Shown here: positions 51,369 to 61,401 of the stretch, piece by piece
Position numbering within the stretch: the first letter of the stretch is position 1
How the letters are laid out: every line of letters starts with the position of its first letter
NCBI RefSeq assembly: GCF_000737315.1
Contig: NZ_JMCB01000012.1
Coordinates: 124,001 to 188,000 of the forward strand
Length of the DNA stretch: 64,000 bases
DNA from: Hyalangium minutum
Lineage (GTDB): Bacteria; Myxococcota; Myxococcia; Myxococcales; Myxococcaceae
Direction: 5' to 3'
Notes under the pieces: model-generated
Told to the model about the DNA's origin: nothing
Databases searched by the model: none
Seen by the model: only the letters and a program-made list of their open reading frames with translations
Program-made: the position numbers and the translations under genes

Positions 51369-52907
51369 ATGAAACCAGCGCACAAGGTCCTTCTCTGCAT
51401 CCTGGATGGCTGGGGCATCCGCAAGGAGCGCACGGACAACGCGATCCTCCTGGCCGGAACCCCGAACCTCGACCGCATCTCGAACGGATTCCCTTTCACC
51501 GAGCTGCAGACCTCGGGTCTGGCCGTGGGCCTGCCTGAAGGGCAGATGGGCAACTCGGAGGTCGGCCACACCAACATCGGCGCCGGCCGCATCGTCTACC
51601 AGGATCTGGTGCGCATCAACCGCGCCGCCGAGTCCGGTGAGCTGGGCAGCAACCCCGTCATCCGCGCCGCCATGGACAAGGCCAAGGCCGACGGCAAGGC
51701 CTTCCACCTGCTCGGATTGGTGTCTCCCGGTGGCGTGCACTCCTCCATGGAGCACCTCTACGCGCTGCTGAAGGCCGCGCGGGATCGCGGGCTGCCGCAG
51801 GTCTACATCCACGCGTTCCTCGATGGGCGCGACACGCCGCCGCAGAGCGGCCTGGGCTATGTGGAGGAGCTGGAGCGCTTCCTCAAGGAGACCCACGCCG
51901 CGCGCATCGCCACCGTGGGAGGGCGCTACTACGGCATGGACCGCGACAAGCGGTGGGATCGCGTGAAGCTCGCGTATGACAGCATCGTATTCGGCCAGGG
52001 CGAGAAGGCCCCGGACGCGCTGGCGGCCATCCGCGCCTCGTACGCGGAGAAGGTGACCGACGAGTTCGTGAAGCCCACCGTTATTACCCAGGGCGACGGC
52101 ACCCCCGTGGGCCGCATCCGCGATGGCGATGTGGTGATGTTCTTCAACTTCCGCGCGGACCGCGCCCGCGAGATGACGCGCGCGCTGGCGGACCCGACGT
52201 TCAAGGAGTTCGAGCGGGGCGGGCTCGTGCTGGGGCGCTACATCTGCATGACCCAGTACGACGAGACCTTCAACCTGCCGGTGGCCTACGGGCCCGAGCA
52301 GCCGCAGGAGATCTTCCCCGAGCTGCTGGCGCACCAGGGCCTCAAGCAGTTCCGCACGGCGGAGACCGAGAAGTACGCCCACGTGACGTTCTTCTTCAAC
52401 GGCGGCCGCGAGGTGGTCTACCCCGGCGAGGAACGGCACCTGGTGCAGTCGCCGCGCGACGTGAAGACGTATGACCTGAAGCCGGAGATGGCCGCGCACG
52501 AGGTGACGGCCGAGCTCGTCAAGCGCATCGACTCGGGCAAATACGACTTCGCGCTGGTGAACTTCGCCAACCCGGACATGGTGGGCCACAGCGGCAAGCT
52601 GGACGCGGCCATGAAGGCGGTGAAGGCGGTGGACGAGTGCCTTGGACAGCTGGGTGCCGCGTGCCAGCGCAACAACTGGGCCCTCGTCATCTCCGCGGAC
52701 CACGGCAACTGCGAGCTGATGACGGATCCCACGACGGGCGAGCCGCACACCGCGCACACGCTCAACCCGGTGCCCTTCTATCTGATTCACCCGGACTTCC
52801 GCGGCCAGAAGCTGCGCCCCGGCGTGCTGGCGGACATCGCTCCCACCCTCTGCAAGGTGATGGGTCTGCCCCAGCCCAAGGAGATGAACCGCCAGGGCCT
52901 CCTCTGA
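51369..52907 (+). CDS. gpmI: 2,3-bisphosphoglycerate-independent phosphoglycerate mutase
   Basis: ILDGWG, GQMGNSEVGH (phospho-Ser), DGRDT, NFRADR, ANPDMVGH, SADHGN. Confidence 0.97.
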   Translation: MKPAHKVLLCILDGWGIRKERTDNAILLAGTPNLDRISNGFPFTELQTSGLAVGLPEGQMGNSEVGHTNIGAGRIVYQDLVRINRAAESGELGSNPVIRAAMDKAKADGKAFHLLGLVSPGGVHSSMEHLYALLKAARDRGLPQVYIHAFLDGRDTPPQSGLGYVEELERFLKETHAARIATVGGRYYGMDRDKRWDRVKLAYDSIVFGQGEKAPDALAAIRASYAEKVTDEFVKPTVITQGDGTPVGRIRDGDVVMFFNFRADRAREMTRALADPTFKEFERGGLVLGRYICMTQYDETFNLPVAYGPEQPQEIFPELLAHQGLKQFRTAETEKYAHVTFFFNGGREVVYPGEERHLVQSPRDVKTYDLKPEMAAHEVTAELVKRIDSGKYDFALVNFANPDMVGHSGKLDAAMKAVKAVDECLGQLGAACQRNNWALVISADHGNCELMTDPTTGEPHTAHTLNPVPFYLIHPDFRGQKLRPGVLADIAPTLCKVMGLPQPKEMNRQGLL

Positions 52908-52931
52908 GGCTCCCGCTGTGAGTTCGCGGAG

Positions 52932-52957
52932 GGACCGTCCACGGTGACGGACGGTCC
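52932..52957 (+). terminator. Hairpin after gpmI
   Basis: GGACCGTCC/GGACGGTCC 9-bp stem, 8-nt loop; no U-tract. Confidence 0.45.
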
Positions 52958-53021
52958 GTCCACGCGGTGAGATGGGGCGCCTGCCTCCGCCCCTCGGAGA
53001 GGTGCTGGCCCGGGACGTGCA

Positions 53022-53756
53022 TTGCCCCCGGGCATGCATCTCCCAAAGTCATCGGTCCTGCCTGGGCTGCTGGAGCTGCTCTACCCGCCCGCGTGTCTGG
53101 CGTGCGCGAAGGTCATCTCCGCGCGCGCCTTCTTCTGCGAGACGTGTGACACCGCCCTGGAGCGCGTCCCGCCCGCCTGCTGCCGCGCCTGCGCCGAGCC
53201 TGGCACCTTTCCCTCGGGGCAGTGCCCGCGGTGCCGTGTTTCTCCGCCTCCCTTCGCACGCGCCTGGGCGCCCTTCGCTCATGAAGGGCCCGTGGCCCGC
53301 GCCATCCACCGCTTCAAGTACGAGGACCACCCCGAGCTCGCTCATCCCCTGGGGGAACTTCTCGCGCACGAGGCCAGCGCTTTTCTCCGCCGAGCGCCTC
53401 CGGTGCTCGTGGCGCTACCGCTCCACGCGCGCCGCTTCCGGGAGCGTCAATACGATCAGACCCAGTTGCTGGCCGGTGCGCTCGCGAGCGCCACGGGCCG
53501 CCGTGCCCCCGTGGGTCTGCTCTCACGGACGCGAGAGACTCAGCGCCAGGTCGGCCTCTCCGAGGCAGAGCGAGCCCAGAATGTCGCCGAAGCGTTCACC
53601 GCCACGCCCTCCGTGAAGGGCCAATCCTTGCTCTTGATCGATGACGTCTTCACCACCGGGGCCACCGCCCGCGCCGCCGTCCAGGCACTGCGGGAGGCGG
53701 GGGCCGCTCATGTCGAGGTGCTCGCCGTGGCACGCGCCTACAGCCTCACCTCATAA
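53022..53756 (+). CDS. comF: ComF family protein (zinc ribbon plus PRTase domain)
   Basis: YPPACLAC..CETC..CRAC..CPRC, RFKY, LLIDDVFTTGAT. Start may be 53034. Confidence 0.88.
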   Translation: MPPGMHLPKSSVLPGLLELLYPPACLACAKVISARAFFCETCDTALERVPPACCRACAEPGTFPSGQCPRCRVSPPPFARAWAPFAHEGPVARAIHRFKYEDHPELAHPLGELLAHEASAFLRRAPPVLVALPLHARRFRERQYDQTQLLAGALASATGRRAPVGLLSRTRETQRQVGLSEAERAQNVAEAFTATPSVKGQSLLLIDDVFTTGATARAAVQALREAGAAHVEVLAVARAYSLTS

Positions 53757-53939
53757 CTGATTCCTCCCTACCTGGCCCTACTTGAGCTAGTCTGCGTTTC
53801 CCGGCGGGCCGAGGCTTGGCTGATCTGAGGCTCTCGCTTGTTTCCTCAGATTTTAGATCATATATATTTTCACAACTTAGCTGTTTGTACCGCCGGTCAG
53901 CACTCTCCCCCTCTGTCTGATCGTGATCGAGGTGACCTT

Positions 53940-54485
53940 ATGACGCTGGCGCTGGTGCCAGGGCAGGCTGAGCGGTACTCCACCTTCATGCTGGGTGGGG
54001 AGCACTACGCCATTCCCGCAGAGTGTGTCCGCGAGGTGCTCACCGACGTCGCCGTCACCCACGTCCCCGCTGCGCCCCGCTTCATGCGCGGGGCCATTCC
54101 CGTGGGCGGCAAGCCGGTGCCGGTGGTGGATCTCGGCTCTCGGCTCGGACAGGCGTTCCGCTCCACCGCCGCGCGCACCGTGGTCCTCGTGGTGACGGTG
54201 CAGCACGATGGCCAGACGGCGCTGCTGGGGCTGACGGCGGACACGCTGGGCGCCCAGGTCCACCTCAGCTCGAGGGACGTGGTGGCCGCTCCCTCCTTCG
54301 GCGCCACCAGCAACATGGACTCCTTCATCGCTGGCATGGGCCGCCATGGCAACGGGCTCGTCCTGCTGCTGGACGTGGACCGCATCCTGTCTGCCTCCGA
54401 GATGCTCGCGGCGGATGAGTTCGCCGCCTGCGCCGAGCTGACCCCGGGCCAGCCGCCGAACCCCTCGCACCTCCGCTCGCTCTAG
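53940..54485 (+). CDS. cheW: Orphan CheW-like protein
   Basis: YSTF.LGGEHYAI..ECVREV, VPAAP.FMRG, PVVDL, LLLDVDRIL; GAGGTG RBS. Confidence 0.85.
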   Translation: MTLALVPGQAERYSTFMLGGEHYAIPAECVREVLTDVAVTHVPAAPRFMRGAIPVGGKPVPVVDLGSRLGQAFRSTAARTVVLVVTVQHDGQTALLGLTADTLGAQVHLSSRDVVAAPSFGATSNMDSFIAGMGRHGNGLVLLLDVDRILSASEMLAADEFAACAELTPGQPPNPSHLRSL

Positions 54486-54495
54486 CCTGCCCCCT

Positions 54496-54516
54496 CGCCT
54501 GCCGGAGAGGCAGGCG
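54496..54516 (+). terminator. Hairpin after cheW
   Basis: CGCCTGCC/GGCAGGCG 8-bp stem, 5-nt loop. Confidence 0.45.
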
Positions 54517-54731
54517 CGCCCCCCGTCCTCACGCCCCGGCTGACGCTCCTCCTTCCTTATAGAGGTGTCTCCGGGGCGACGTGTTTTTCACGCCCAGTGG
54601 CGTTTTCGGTTGCCTGGATGCTGCCCGAGGCCGCATGCAGGGGAAGGTGCTTCCCCCGGCGCCTGTTCACGGGGTCGCCCCTTTCTGGGGCCCCCATGGC
54701 CCACCCCACCGAAGGACGAGGGATACGACGG

Positions 54732-57700
54732 ATGTCGCGCTTCACATGGCTCGCCGCACTCTTGGTGCTCACCTGCCCGCTCCTGGCCCTGGCCAGGCCC
54801 GCCGACCCCACGGCCGAGGCCGCCCAGGCGCTGGCGGACAAGGCACTTGAGCTCTCCAACTCGCCTCGTGGCACCGCCTACCTCGTCCGTCTGCACGGGA
54901 TGGTGGAGGACCTCGAGGACATCACGCCGCTGGTGAGCACCTACGCCACCATCGCCAGCAAGCGCAGCGCGGACCCGGGCACGCGCGCCACAGCGACCAT
55001 GCTGCTGATGGACCTGGAGCGCGCCCGCAGCCGCACCGTGCGCGCCGCCGAGGTGAACCGCGCGCTGGGCTTCATCAACGACTACTACGTCGTCGGCGGC
55101 TTCGAGAACGAGGGCAAGAGCGGCTGTGACACCGACTTCGGCCCCGAGGCGGCCACGGTGGACCTGTCCGCGAAGTTCGCAGGCGCCAAGGGCCGCGAGG
55201 TGTCCTGGCGCAAGCTCGCCGTGGCTCCGGCGGACGGCTATGTGGATCTGGCCGCAGCGGTGCGCCCGAACCGCGAGGCGGTGGCGTACGCGCTCACGTG
55301 GCTGGAGGCGCCCGCGGAGACGCAGGTGGCGCTGGGCGTGGGTACCTCCGGAGCGTTCCGGCTGTGGGTGAACGGGCAGGTGGCGGCGCGCGAGGACCGG
55401 TACAACCAGCCTCGGCCGGACCAGAGCCGCGTGGCGGTGAAGCTGCGCAAGGGGCTCAACCGCGTGCTCCTCAAGGTGTGCCAGGAGACGGGCCCGCTGG
55501 GCTTCTATCTGCGCCAGGAGCCGATGGGCGGTCGCGGCGCGGTGAAGGTGGCGCTGCCGGGGACTCCGCCCGCGCTGGAGCGGGGCACGGGCCCGGCGCC
55601 TCAGGTGCTGCCCACGGTGACTTCGGCGATGCGCGCCCTGGTGGAGAAGAAGCCGGAGGACGCCACGCTGCGCGGCGAGTACGCCACGGTGCTCTCCTTC
55701 TTCCGCGCGTATGACGAGCGCGAGCACACCGCCGCGGCGGAGTCCGAGCGCGCGGCCAAGGGGGCCCCGGCTGACGTGGGCCTGCAGTTGCTGGCCGCGT
55801 CGAACCAGCGGGATGACCTCAACCTGCGGCGCTATTACCTGGAGGCGGCCCTCAAGGCGGCGCCGGACTCGGTGTCGGCGCGCGTGGCGCTGGCCGAGCA
55901 CGAGCTGGATCGCGGCCACCCGGAGCGCGTGCCCCCGCTGCTCATGCCGGTGGTGGAAAAGGCGCCCGACGCGGGCTCGGCGCAGCTGACGCTGGCGCGC
56001 GCGTACGAGGCGCTGGGCGAGCCGGCCAAGGCACAGCTGATGGTGGAGGAGACGTTCCGCCGCCAGCCTCGCGTGCCCCGGGTGGTGCGGGCGGCGGCCA
56101 TGTCTTCGCGCAAGCTGGAGCGCACCCAGGAGGTGCTGGATCGGCTGCGCGTGCTGCTGGCGCTGCGCTACGACGACTCGCCGAGCCGCCGCATGCTGGG
56201 CTCGATGCTGGCGGACCTCGGGCAGGTGGAGGCGGCCACGCGCGAGTACTCCACGCAGCTGGGCCTGAACCCCTTCGACAATGACTCGCGCGTGCGGCTG
56301 GGTGAGCTGCGCGCCGCCAACGGGCAGGTGGACGCGGCGGTGGCGAACTTCGCCGAGGCCCGGGCGCTGGCCCCGGACGAGCCTGAAATCTACGAGCGCG
56401 AGGGCCGTGCGCTGCTGGCCGCTGGGCGCCGGGATGAGGCCATGGCCGCCATGGAGCGGGCGCTGGTGCTGCGGCCGCAGAACCCCTCTCTGAAGGAGGC
56501 GCTGCGCACCCTGAAGGGCGAGTCCGGCGGCTACGGCACGAAGTACCTGGTGGACGCCACGCCGCTCATCAAGGAAGTGGAGGCCTACCCGAACGAGGAC
56601 GCGGTTTACGTGGTGGAGAACACCTACGTGCGCGTGCAGAAGAACGGGCTCACGAGCCGGCTGCACCAGCTGGTGGTGAAGGTGCTCAACCAGCGCGGTG
56701 TGGAGGACTTCCGCACGCAGCCGGTGGCGTACTCGCCGGATCGCCAGGAGGTGAAGGTGCTGCGTGCGCGCATCACCAAGCCGGACGGCTCCGTGGTGGA
56801 CAGCTACAGCGACACCGAGCGCAACATCAACGAGCCGTGGACGGGCATGTACTACGACGCCCGCGCGAAGATGCTGAACTTCCCCGCGCTGGCGCCGGGC
56901 GACGTGCTGGAGCTGCAGTACCGCATCGAGGACACGGCGCAGGACAACCTGCTGTCGGACTACTTCGGCGAGGTGGAGAACATCCAGGGCATCTACCCGA
57001 AGCTGCGCTTCCAGTACTCGGTGGACATGCCCAAGGAGCGCGCCCTGTACTCCAACGCCTCGAAGGTGCCGGGCCTGGCAGCCACCACGGAGGAGATGGA
57101 CGGCGGGCGCATGCTCTACCAGTGGAAGACGAAGGGCGTGCCCAAGGTGGTGCCAGAGCCGGGCATGCCGGGCTGGGCCGAGGTGGCGCCGCCGCTGCAC
57201 GTGTCCACGTACAAGTCCTGGGAGCAGGTGAGCCGCTACTGGTGGGGCCTGGTAAGGGATCAGCTCACGCCCAACGACGAGCTGCGCCAGACGGTGGACC
57301 GCGTGCTCACGGGCGTGGACCGCAAGGATGATCAGGCGGTGATTCGCGCCGTCTACAACTTCGTGGTGGCCAACACGCGCTACGTGGCGCTGGAGTTCGG
57401 CATCCACGGCTACAAGCCGTACCGGGTAGACCGCATTCTGGCGCGGCGCTTCGGCGACTGTAAGGACAAGGCGAGCCTCATCCACGCGATGCTGAAGATT
57501 GCGGGGGTGGACAGCCGCATGGTGCTCTTGCGCATGCGGAACCTGGGCTACATCGGTGAGGAGCCGGCGAGCCTGGCGGCCTTCAACCACGCCATCGTCT
57601 ACATCCCCAAGTACGACACCTTCCTGGACGGGACGGCGGAGTTCCACGGGGCGCGCGAGCTGCCGAGCGCGGACCGGCGGGCCACGGTGCTCATCGTCGA

Positions 57701-58409
57701 GCCGGATGGGACGAGCACCTTCCGCGTCACGCCCGAGGCCAAGTACGAGGAGAACGTCACGCGGCTCACCATGGACGTGGCGCTCAGGCCGGACGGGGGC
57801 GCGGTGGTGAAGGGCCTGAGCACGGTGGGCGGCCAGCAGGCGGCGGAGTACCGGCGGGCGTACCGCACGACGGCCACGCGCAAGTCCACCTTCGAGCGCG
57901 CCTGGGCGCAGAGCTTCCCGGGGCTCACGGTGAACGAGGTGAAGCTCAATGACACCACGCTGCTGGACCACGACGTGGACATGGACTTCACGATGACGAT
58001 TCCGCGCTACGCGGAGGTGGTGTCGGGCTCGGCGCTGCGCTTCCTGCCGTTCGGCACGGGCCGCACCTACCAGCAGGCCTACGCCACGCTGGTGGAGCGC
58101 CGGTTCGACCTGGTGATGCAGGGCCCGTGGATGAACCAGTTCACGCTGAACTACACGCTACCCGCGGGCTACACGGTGTCCGAGCTGCCGCCGCCGCTCG
58201 AGGAGAAGCACTCCTGGGGCCGGGTGAAGCTGACCTACCGCCAGGAGGGCGGCAAGCTCATCGCCGACGGCGAGGTGGCGATGACCTCTGCGCGCGTGAA
58301 GGTGGATGAGTACGCGGCGTTCCGCGACTTCCTCGGCCGCGTGGACCAGGCGTTCAACCGCAAGGTGGTGCTCCAGGGCCCGCCGATGGGGAAGACGGCC
58401 GAGCGCTGA
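54732..58409 (+). CDS. Large secreted TPR plus DUF3857 plus transglutaminase-like protein
   Basis: Signal peptide, beta-sandwich (FRLWVNG, LRKGLNRVLLKV), many TPRs, GDCKDKA (Cys), FNHAI (His), FLDGT (Asp). Confidence 0.88.
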   Translation: MSRFTWLAALLVLTCPLLALARPADPTAEAAQALADKALELSNSPRGTAYLVRLHGMVEDLEDITPLVSTYATIASKRSADPGTRATATMLLMDLERARSRTVRAAEVNRALGFINDYYVVGGFENEGKSGCDTDFGPEAATVDLSAKFAGAKGREVSWRKLAVAPADGYVDLAAAVRPNREAVAYALTWLEAPAETQVALGVGTSGAFRLWVNGQVAAREDRYNQPRPDQSRVAVKLRKGLNRVLLKVCQETGPLGFYLRQEPMGGRGAVKVALPGTPPALERGTGPAPQVLPTVTSAMRALVEKKPEDATLRGEYATVLSFFRAYDEREHTAAAESERAAKGAPADVGLQLLAASNQRDDLNLRRYYLEAALKAAPDSVSARVALAEHELDRGHPERVPPLLMPVVEKAPDAGSAQLTLARAYEALGEPAKAQLMVEETFRRQPRVPRVVRAAAMSSRKLERTQEVLDRLRVLLALRYDDSPSRRMLGSMLADLGQVEAATREYSTQLGLNPFDNDSRVRLGELRAANGQVDAAVANFAEARALAPDEPEIYEREGRALLAAGRRDEAMAAMERALVLRPQNPSLKEALRTLKGESGGYGTKYLVDATPLIKEVEAYPNEDAVYVVENTYVRVQKNGLTSRLHQLVVKVLNQRGVEDFRTQPVAYSPDRQEVKVLRARITKPDGSVVDSYSDTERNINEPWTGMYYDARAKMLNFPALAPGDVLELQYRIEDTAQDNLLSDYFGEVENIQGIYPKLRFQYSVDMPKERALYSNASKVPGLAATTEEMDGGRMLYQWKTKGVPKVVPEPGMPGWAEVAPPLHVSTYKSWEQVSRYWWGLVRDQLTPNDELRQTVDRVLTGVDRKDDQAVIRAVYNFVVANTRYVALEFGIHGYKPYRVDRILARRFGDCKDKASLIHAMLKIAGVDSRMVLLRMRNLGYIGEEPASLAAFNHAIVYIPKYDTFLDGTAEFHGARELPSADRRATVLIVEPDGTSTFRVTPEAKYEENVTRLTMDVALRPDGGAVVKGLSTVGGQQAAEYRRAYRTTATRKSTFERAWAQSFPGLTVNEVKLNDTTLLDHDVDMDFTMTIPRYAEVVSGSALRFLPFGTGRTYQQAYATLVERRFDLVMQGPWMNQFTLNYTLPAGYTVSELPPPLEEKHSWGRVKLTYRQEGGKLIADGEVAMTSARVKVDEYAAFRDFLGRVDQAFNRKVVLQGPPMGKTAER

Positions 58410-58460
58410 GCCCCGCCAGGGACTGAGCACGTGCACATTCCGCACTCCCAGGTGCGGATT

Positions 58461-58498
58461 CCGCAGCACCCGTCGGAGACACCGGCGGGGTGCTGCGG
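58461..58498 (+). terminator. Strong hairpin after the transglutaminase gene
   Basis: CCGCAGCACCC/GGGTGCTGCGG 11-bp stem with further inner pairing; a second 7-bp hairpin at 58439-58458. Confidence 0.5.
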
Positions 58499-58617
58499 GG
58501 AACCCTGGGGAATGACGCTGTCTCGATGGGGCTGGGAGGTTGGTCCACCCCTTGCTCTGCCCTCCCTCCATGGTGAGGGCGAGGAGCCAGGAGTCGGAGC
58601 GTGCTAGGCTCCTGCAC

Positions 58618-60009
58618 ATGCGTGCTGGAGACCCCGTCCGCCTCATGCGGTGGTCGCGCTGGGGGATCCTCATCACCGCGATCCTGATGGGCAGCGGGAT
58701 GGTGCTCTCCGCAGTGGTGAGCCACTCGCGCGTGCACCACATCTCCGAGAACCTCGTCCGTGGCCAGGCGCAGCTGGTCATTGAGGCCGTTCGCCAGGGG
58801 CTTCGGGACCTCGGCATGCCGCCCACCTCCGCAAAGCTGGAGCGGCTGCTCACCCACCTCCAGGAGCAGGGGGTGCGGTACCTGGCCCTGGTGCCACGCG
58901 ATGGGCCCTTCGAAGTCGGCACAGCCTTGGGAGGTCCTCCCTCCGTAGAGCTGCTGCCTCATGGCATGGAGCCCGAGACAGTCCTCACGGAGGTTGGCTC
59001 CCGCATCCGCGTGGTGGTGCGAGTGCCTCCGCCTCCTCCGCAAGCGGCGCCTCCTCCGGGGGCCCCGCCTCTGAATGGAGAGCCTCCCAGCCCACCGCCT
59101 CGTGAGGCCGGAGGTTTCCAACGTGGCCCGCCACCGGGTGGTTCCCCCCCGCCTCCAGCTCCCGCGAATCAGCCCCCGCCCAACCGCAGGAGGGATTTGC
59201 CGCCCACCATCGTCGAGTTCGAACCGTTGATGGCCCAGGAGCTCGAGGCCGGCTCGCGGCGCTCGCTGCTCATCAGCAGCATTGTCGCGCTGGCGCTGCT
59301 GACGGGGGCGGCCATTGCTTTCCGGTGGCTGAAGGGGCGCGAGGCGCTGGAGGCCAAACTGGCTCGCGAGCGGCACCTGGCCGTGCTGGGAGAAATGTCC
59401 GCGGTGCTGGCGCACGAGCTGCGCAACCCGCTGGCCTCACTCAAGGGTCACGCGCAGCTGCTCGCCGAGGCGCTGCCCGAGGGCCGCTCGCGGACGAAGG
59501 CCGAGCGTGTGGTGAAGGAGGCGCTGCGGCTGGAGGACCTGACGAGCAGCCTGCTGGCCTTCGTGCGCACGGGCACCATCCAACGGCAGGAGACGGATCC
59601 GGTGGCGGTGGTCCGGGCTGCGGCCGAGGAGGTAGACCCGCGGCTCATCGAGTTGGATGCGCAGGGCGCGCCCGCTTCGTGGTCGCTGGATGCGGCGCGG
59701 ATGCAGCAGGTGCTGAGCAATCTGCTGCGCAACGCGGTGCAGGCCTCACCGGCGGGAAGCTCGGTGTTCGCGCGCATCGCCACGGAAGAGCAGGCGCTGC
59801 TCTATGAGGTGCGAGACGTGGGCAGCGGCATCCCGCCGGGTCAGGAGAACGTCATCTTCGAGCCGTTCCACACGGGGCGGCCGCTGGGCAACGGGCTGGG
59901 GCTGGCCGTAGCGCGGCGGGTGGTGGAGCTGCACGGTGGCAGCATCCGGGCCAGCAACCACCCCGAGGGTGGGGCGCTGTTCCGCGTGCGCATTCCCTTT
60001 GCGGCCTGA
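58618..60009 (+). CDS. Sensor histidine kinase with Pro-rich extracytoplasmic insert
   Basis: Two TMs, [28 protein letters not shown]. Start uncertain (58618/58645). Confidence 0.9.
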   Translation: MRAGDPVRLMRWSRWGILITAILMGSGMVLSAVVSHSRVHHISENLVRGQAQLVIEAVRQGLRDLGMPPTSAKLERLLTHLQEQGVRYLALVPRDGPFEVGTALGGPPSVELLPHGMEPETVLTEVGSRIRVVVRVPPPPPQAAPPPGAPPLNGEPPSPPPREAGGFQRGPPPGGSPPPPAPANQPPPNRRRDLPPTIVEFEPLMAQELEAGSRRSLLISSIVALALLTGAAIAFRWLKGREALEAKLARERHLAVLGEMSAVLAHELRNPLASLKGHAQLLAEALPEGRSRTKAERVVKEALRLEDLTSSLLAFVRTGTIQRQETDPVAVVRAAAEEVDPRLIELDAQGAPASWSLDAARMQQVLSNLLRNAVQASPAGSSVFARIATEEQALLYEVRDVGSGIPPGQENVIFEPFHTGRPLGNGLGLAVARRVVELHGGSIRASNHPEGGALFRVRIPFAA

Positions 60010-60039
60010 GCGCGAGGCTCCAGGCAGGAGGTTCGAGAC

Positions 60040-61389
60040 ATGGGACGCATTCTGGTGGTGGACGATGAAGAGGGCGTCCGGAGCTTCCTGGCGGAGAGCC
60101 TCGAGCTGGACGGTCATCAGATCGAGGAGGCGGCGAGCGGCGAGGAGGGGCTGGAGCGCCTGCGAGCCAAGAGCTTCGACTTGGTGCTGACGGACCTGCG
60201 GATGCCAGGAATGGGCGGGATGCAGTTGCTGGAGAAGGCGCAGGCAGAACAGCCCGAGGTGGAGTTCATCGTGCTGACGGCGCACGGGAACGTGGAGAAC
60301 GCCGTACAGGCAATGAAGCTGGGAGCGTTCGACTTCATCCAGAAGCCGGTGAGCGGACCGGCGGAGCTGCGGCTCCTGGCCAACCGGGCGCTGGAGCGGC
60401 GCAGGCTGAAGGATCAGGCCGAGGTGGTACAGGCGACGGCGGAAGCGCCGGTGCTGAGCTACGGAGATCCGGCCATGACGCCGGTGGTGGAGGCGCTGAG
60501 GAAGGTGGCGCGCACGCATGCCACGGTGCTGCTGCTGGGCGAGAGTGGGACGGGCAAGGAGGTGGCGGCGCGGGCCATCCACCGCATGAGCGATCGGGCC
60601 CAGGGGCCTTTCGTGGCCATCAACTGCGCCACGCTGTCCGAGGGGTTGCTGGAGAGCGAGCTGTTCGGCCACGAGAAGGGCGCGTTCACAGGGGCCACGG
60701 ACCGCAAGCGTGGGCGCATTGAGCTGGCACACGGCGGTACGTTCTTCCTGGACGAGGTGGGCGAGCTGAAGCCGGCGATCCAGGCAAGGCTGCTGCGAGT
60801 ACTACAGGAGCGTGCCTTCGAGCGCGTGGGCGGCACACGGACGCTGGAGGTGGACGTGCGGTGGATCGCGGCGACGCACCGGGATCTGCGCGGGCAGATT
60901 GCCGATGGGACGTTCCGCGAGGACCTCTATCACCGGCTCTCGGTGTTCCCGGTAAAGCTGCCACCGCTGCGAGAGCGCAAGGGAGACATCCTCCCGCTGG
61001 CGGACGTGCTGCTGGCGCGGGCCTGCCATGAGCTGAAGCGGCCGGTGCTGAAGCTGTCCGAGGCGGCGAAGAAGGAGCTGCTCGGGGGTCAGTGGACGGG
61101 AAACATCCGCGAGCTGGCGAACGCGCTGGAGCGAGCGGCCATCCTCTCGGACGGAGAGATCCTGGAGCCTTGGCACCTGCTGGTGGAGCCTGCACGCACT
61201 CCCGCGCCTGCTGCCGCTCCCGCGGCCACGGGCGCGGAGACGGGCGCGATGACGCTTGAGGAGATGGAGCGGCGCACCATCGAGAGAGTGCTGCAAGAGG
61301 TCGGCGGCAACCGGCGCGAGGCCTCCGAGCGGCTGGGGATCGGCCTGCGCACGCTCTACGAGAAGCTCAAGCGCTACAAGATCGGCTAA
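60040..61389 (+). CDS. Sigma54-dependent response regulator, cognate of the upstream kinase
   Basis: [35 protein letters not shown]. Confidence 0.95.
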   Translation: MGRILVVDDEEGVRSFLAESLELDGHQIEEAASGEEGLERLRAKSFDLVLTDLRMPGMGGMQLLEKAQAEQPEVEFIVLTAHGNVENAVQAMKLGAFDFIQKPVSGPAELRLLANRALERRRLKDQAEVVQATAEAPVLSYGDPAMTPVVEALRKVARTHATVLLLGESGTGKEVAARAIHRMSDRAQGPFVAINCATLSEGLLESELFGHEKGAFTGATDRKRGRIELAHGGTFFLDEVGELKPAIQARLLRVLQERAFERVGGTRTLEVDVRWIAATHRDLRGQIADGTFREDLYHRLSVFPVKLPPLRERKGDILPLADVLLARACHELKRPVLKLSEAAKKELLGGQWTGNIRELANALERAAILSDGEILEPWHLLVEPARTPAPAAAPAATGAETGAMTLEEMERRTIERVLQEVGGNRREASERLGIGLRTLYEKLKRYKIG

Positions 61390-61401
61390 GCGCTGCTTTC
61401 C

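Noticed and set aside
54598-54614. TGGCGTTTTCGGTTGC as a sigma54 promoter (similar near-misses at 4447, 7344, 58541)
   Set aside because: GG-to-GC spacing is 11 or 9 nt rather than the strictly required 10.
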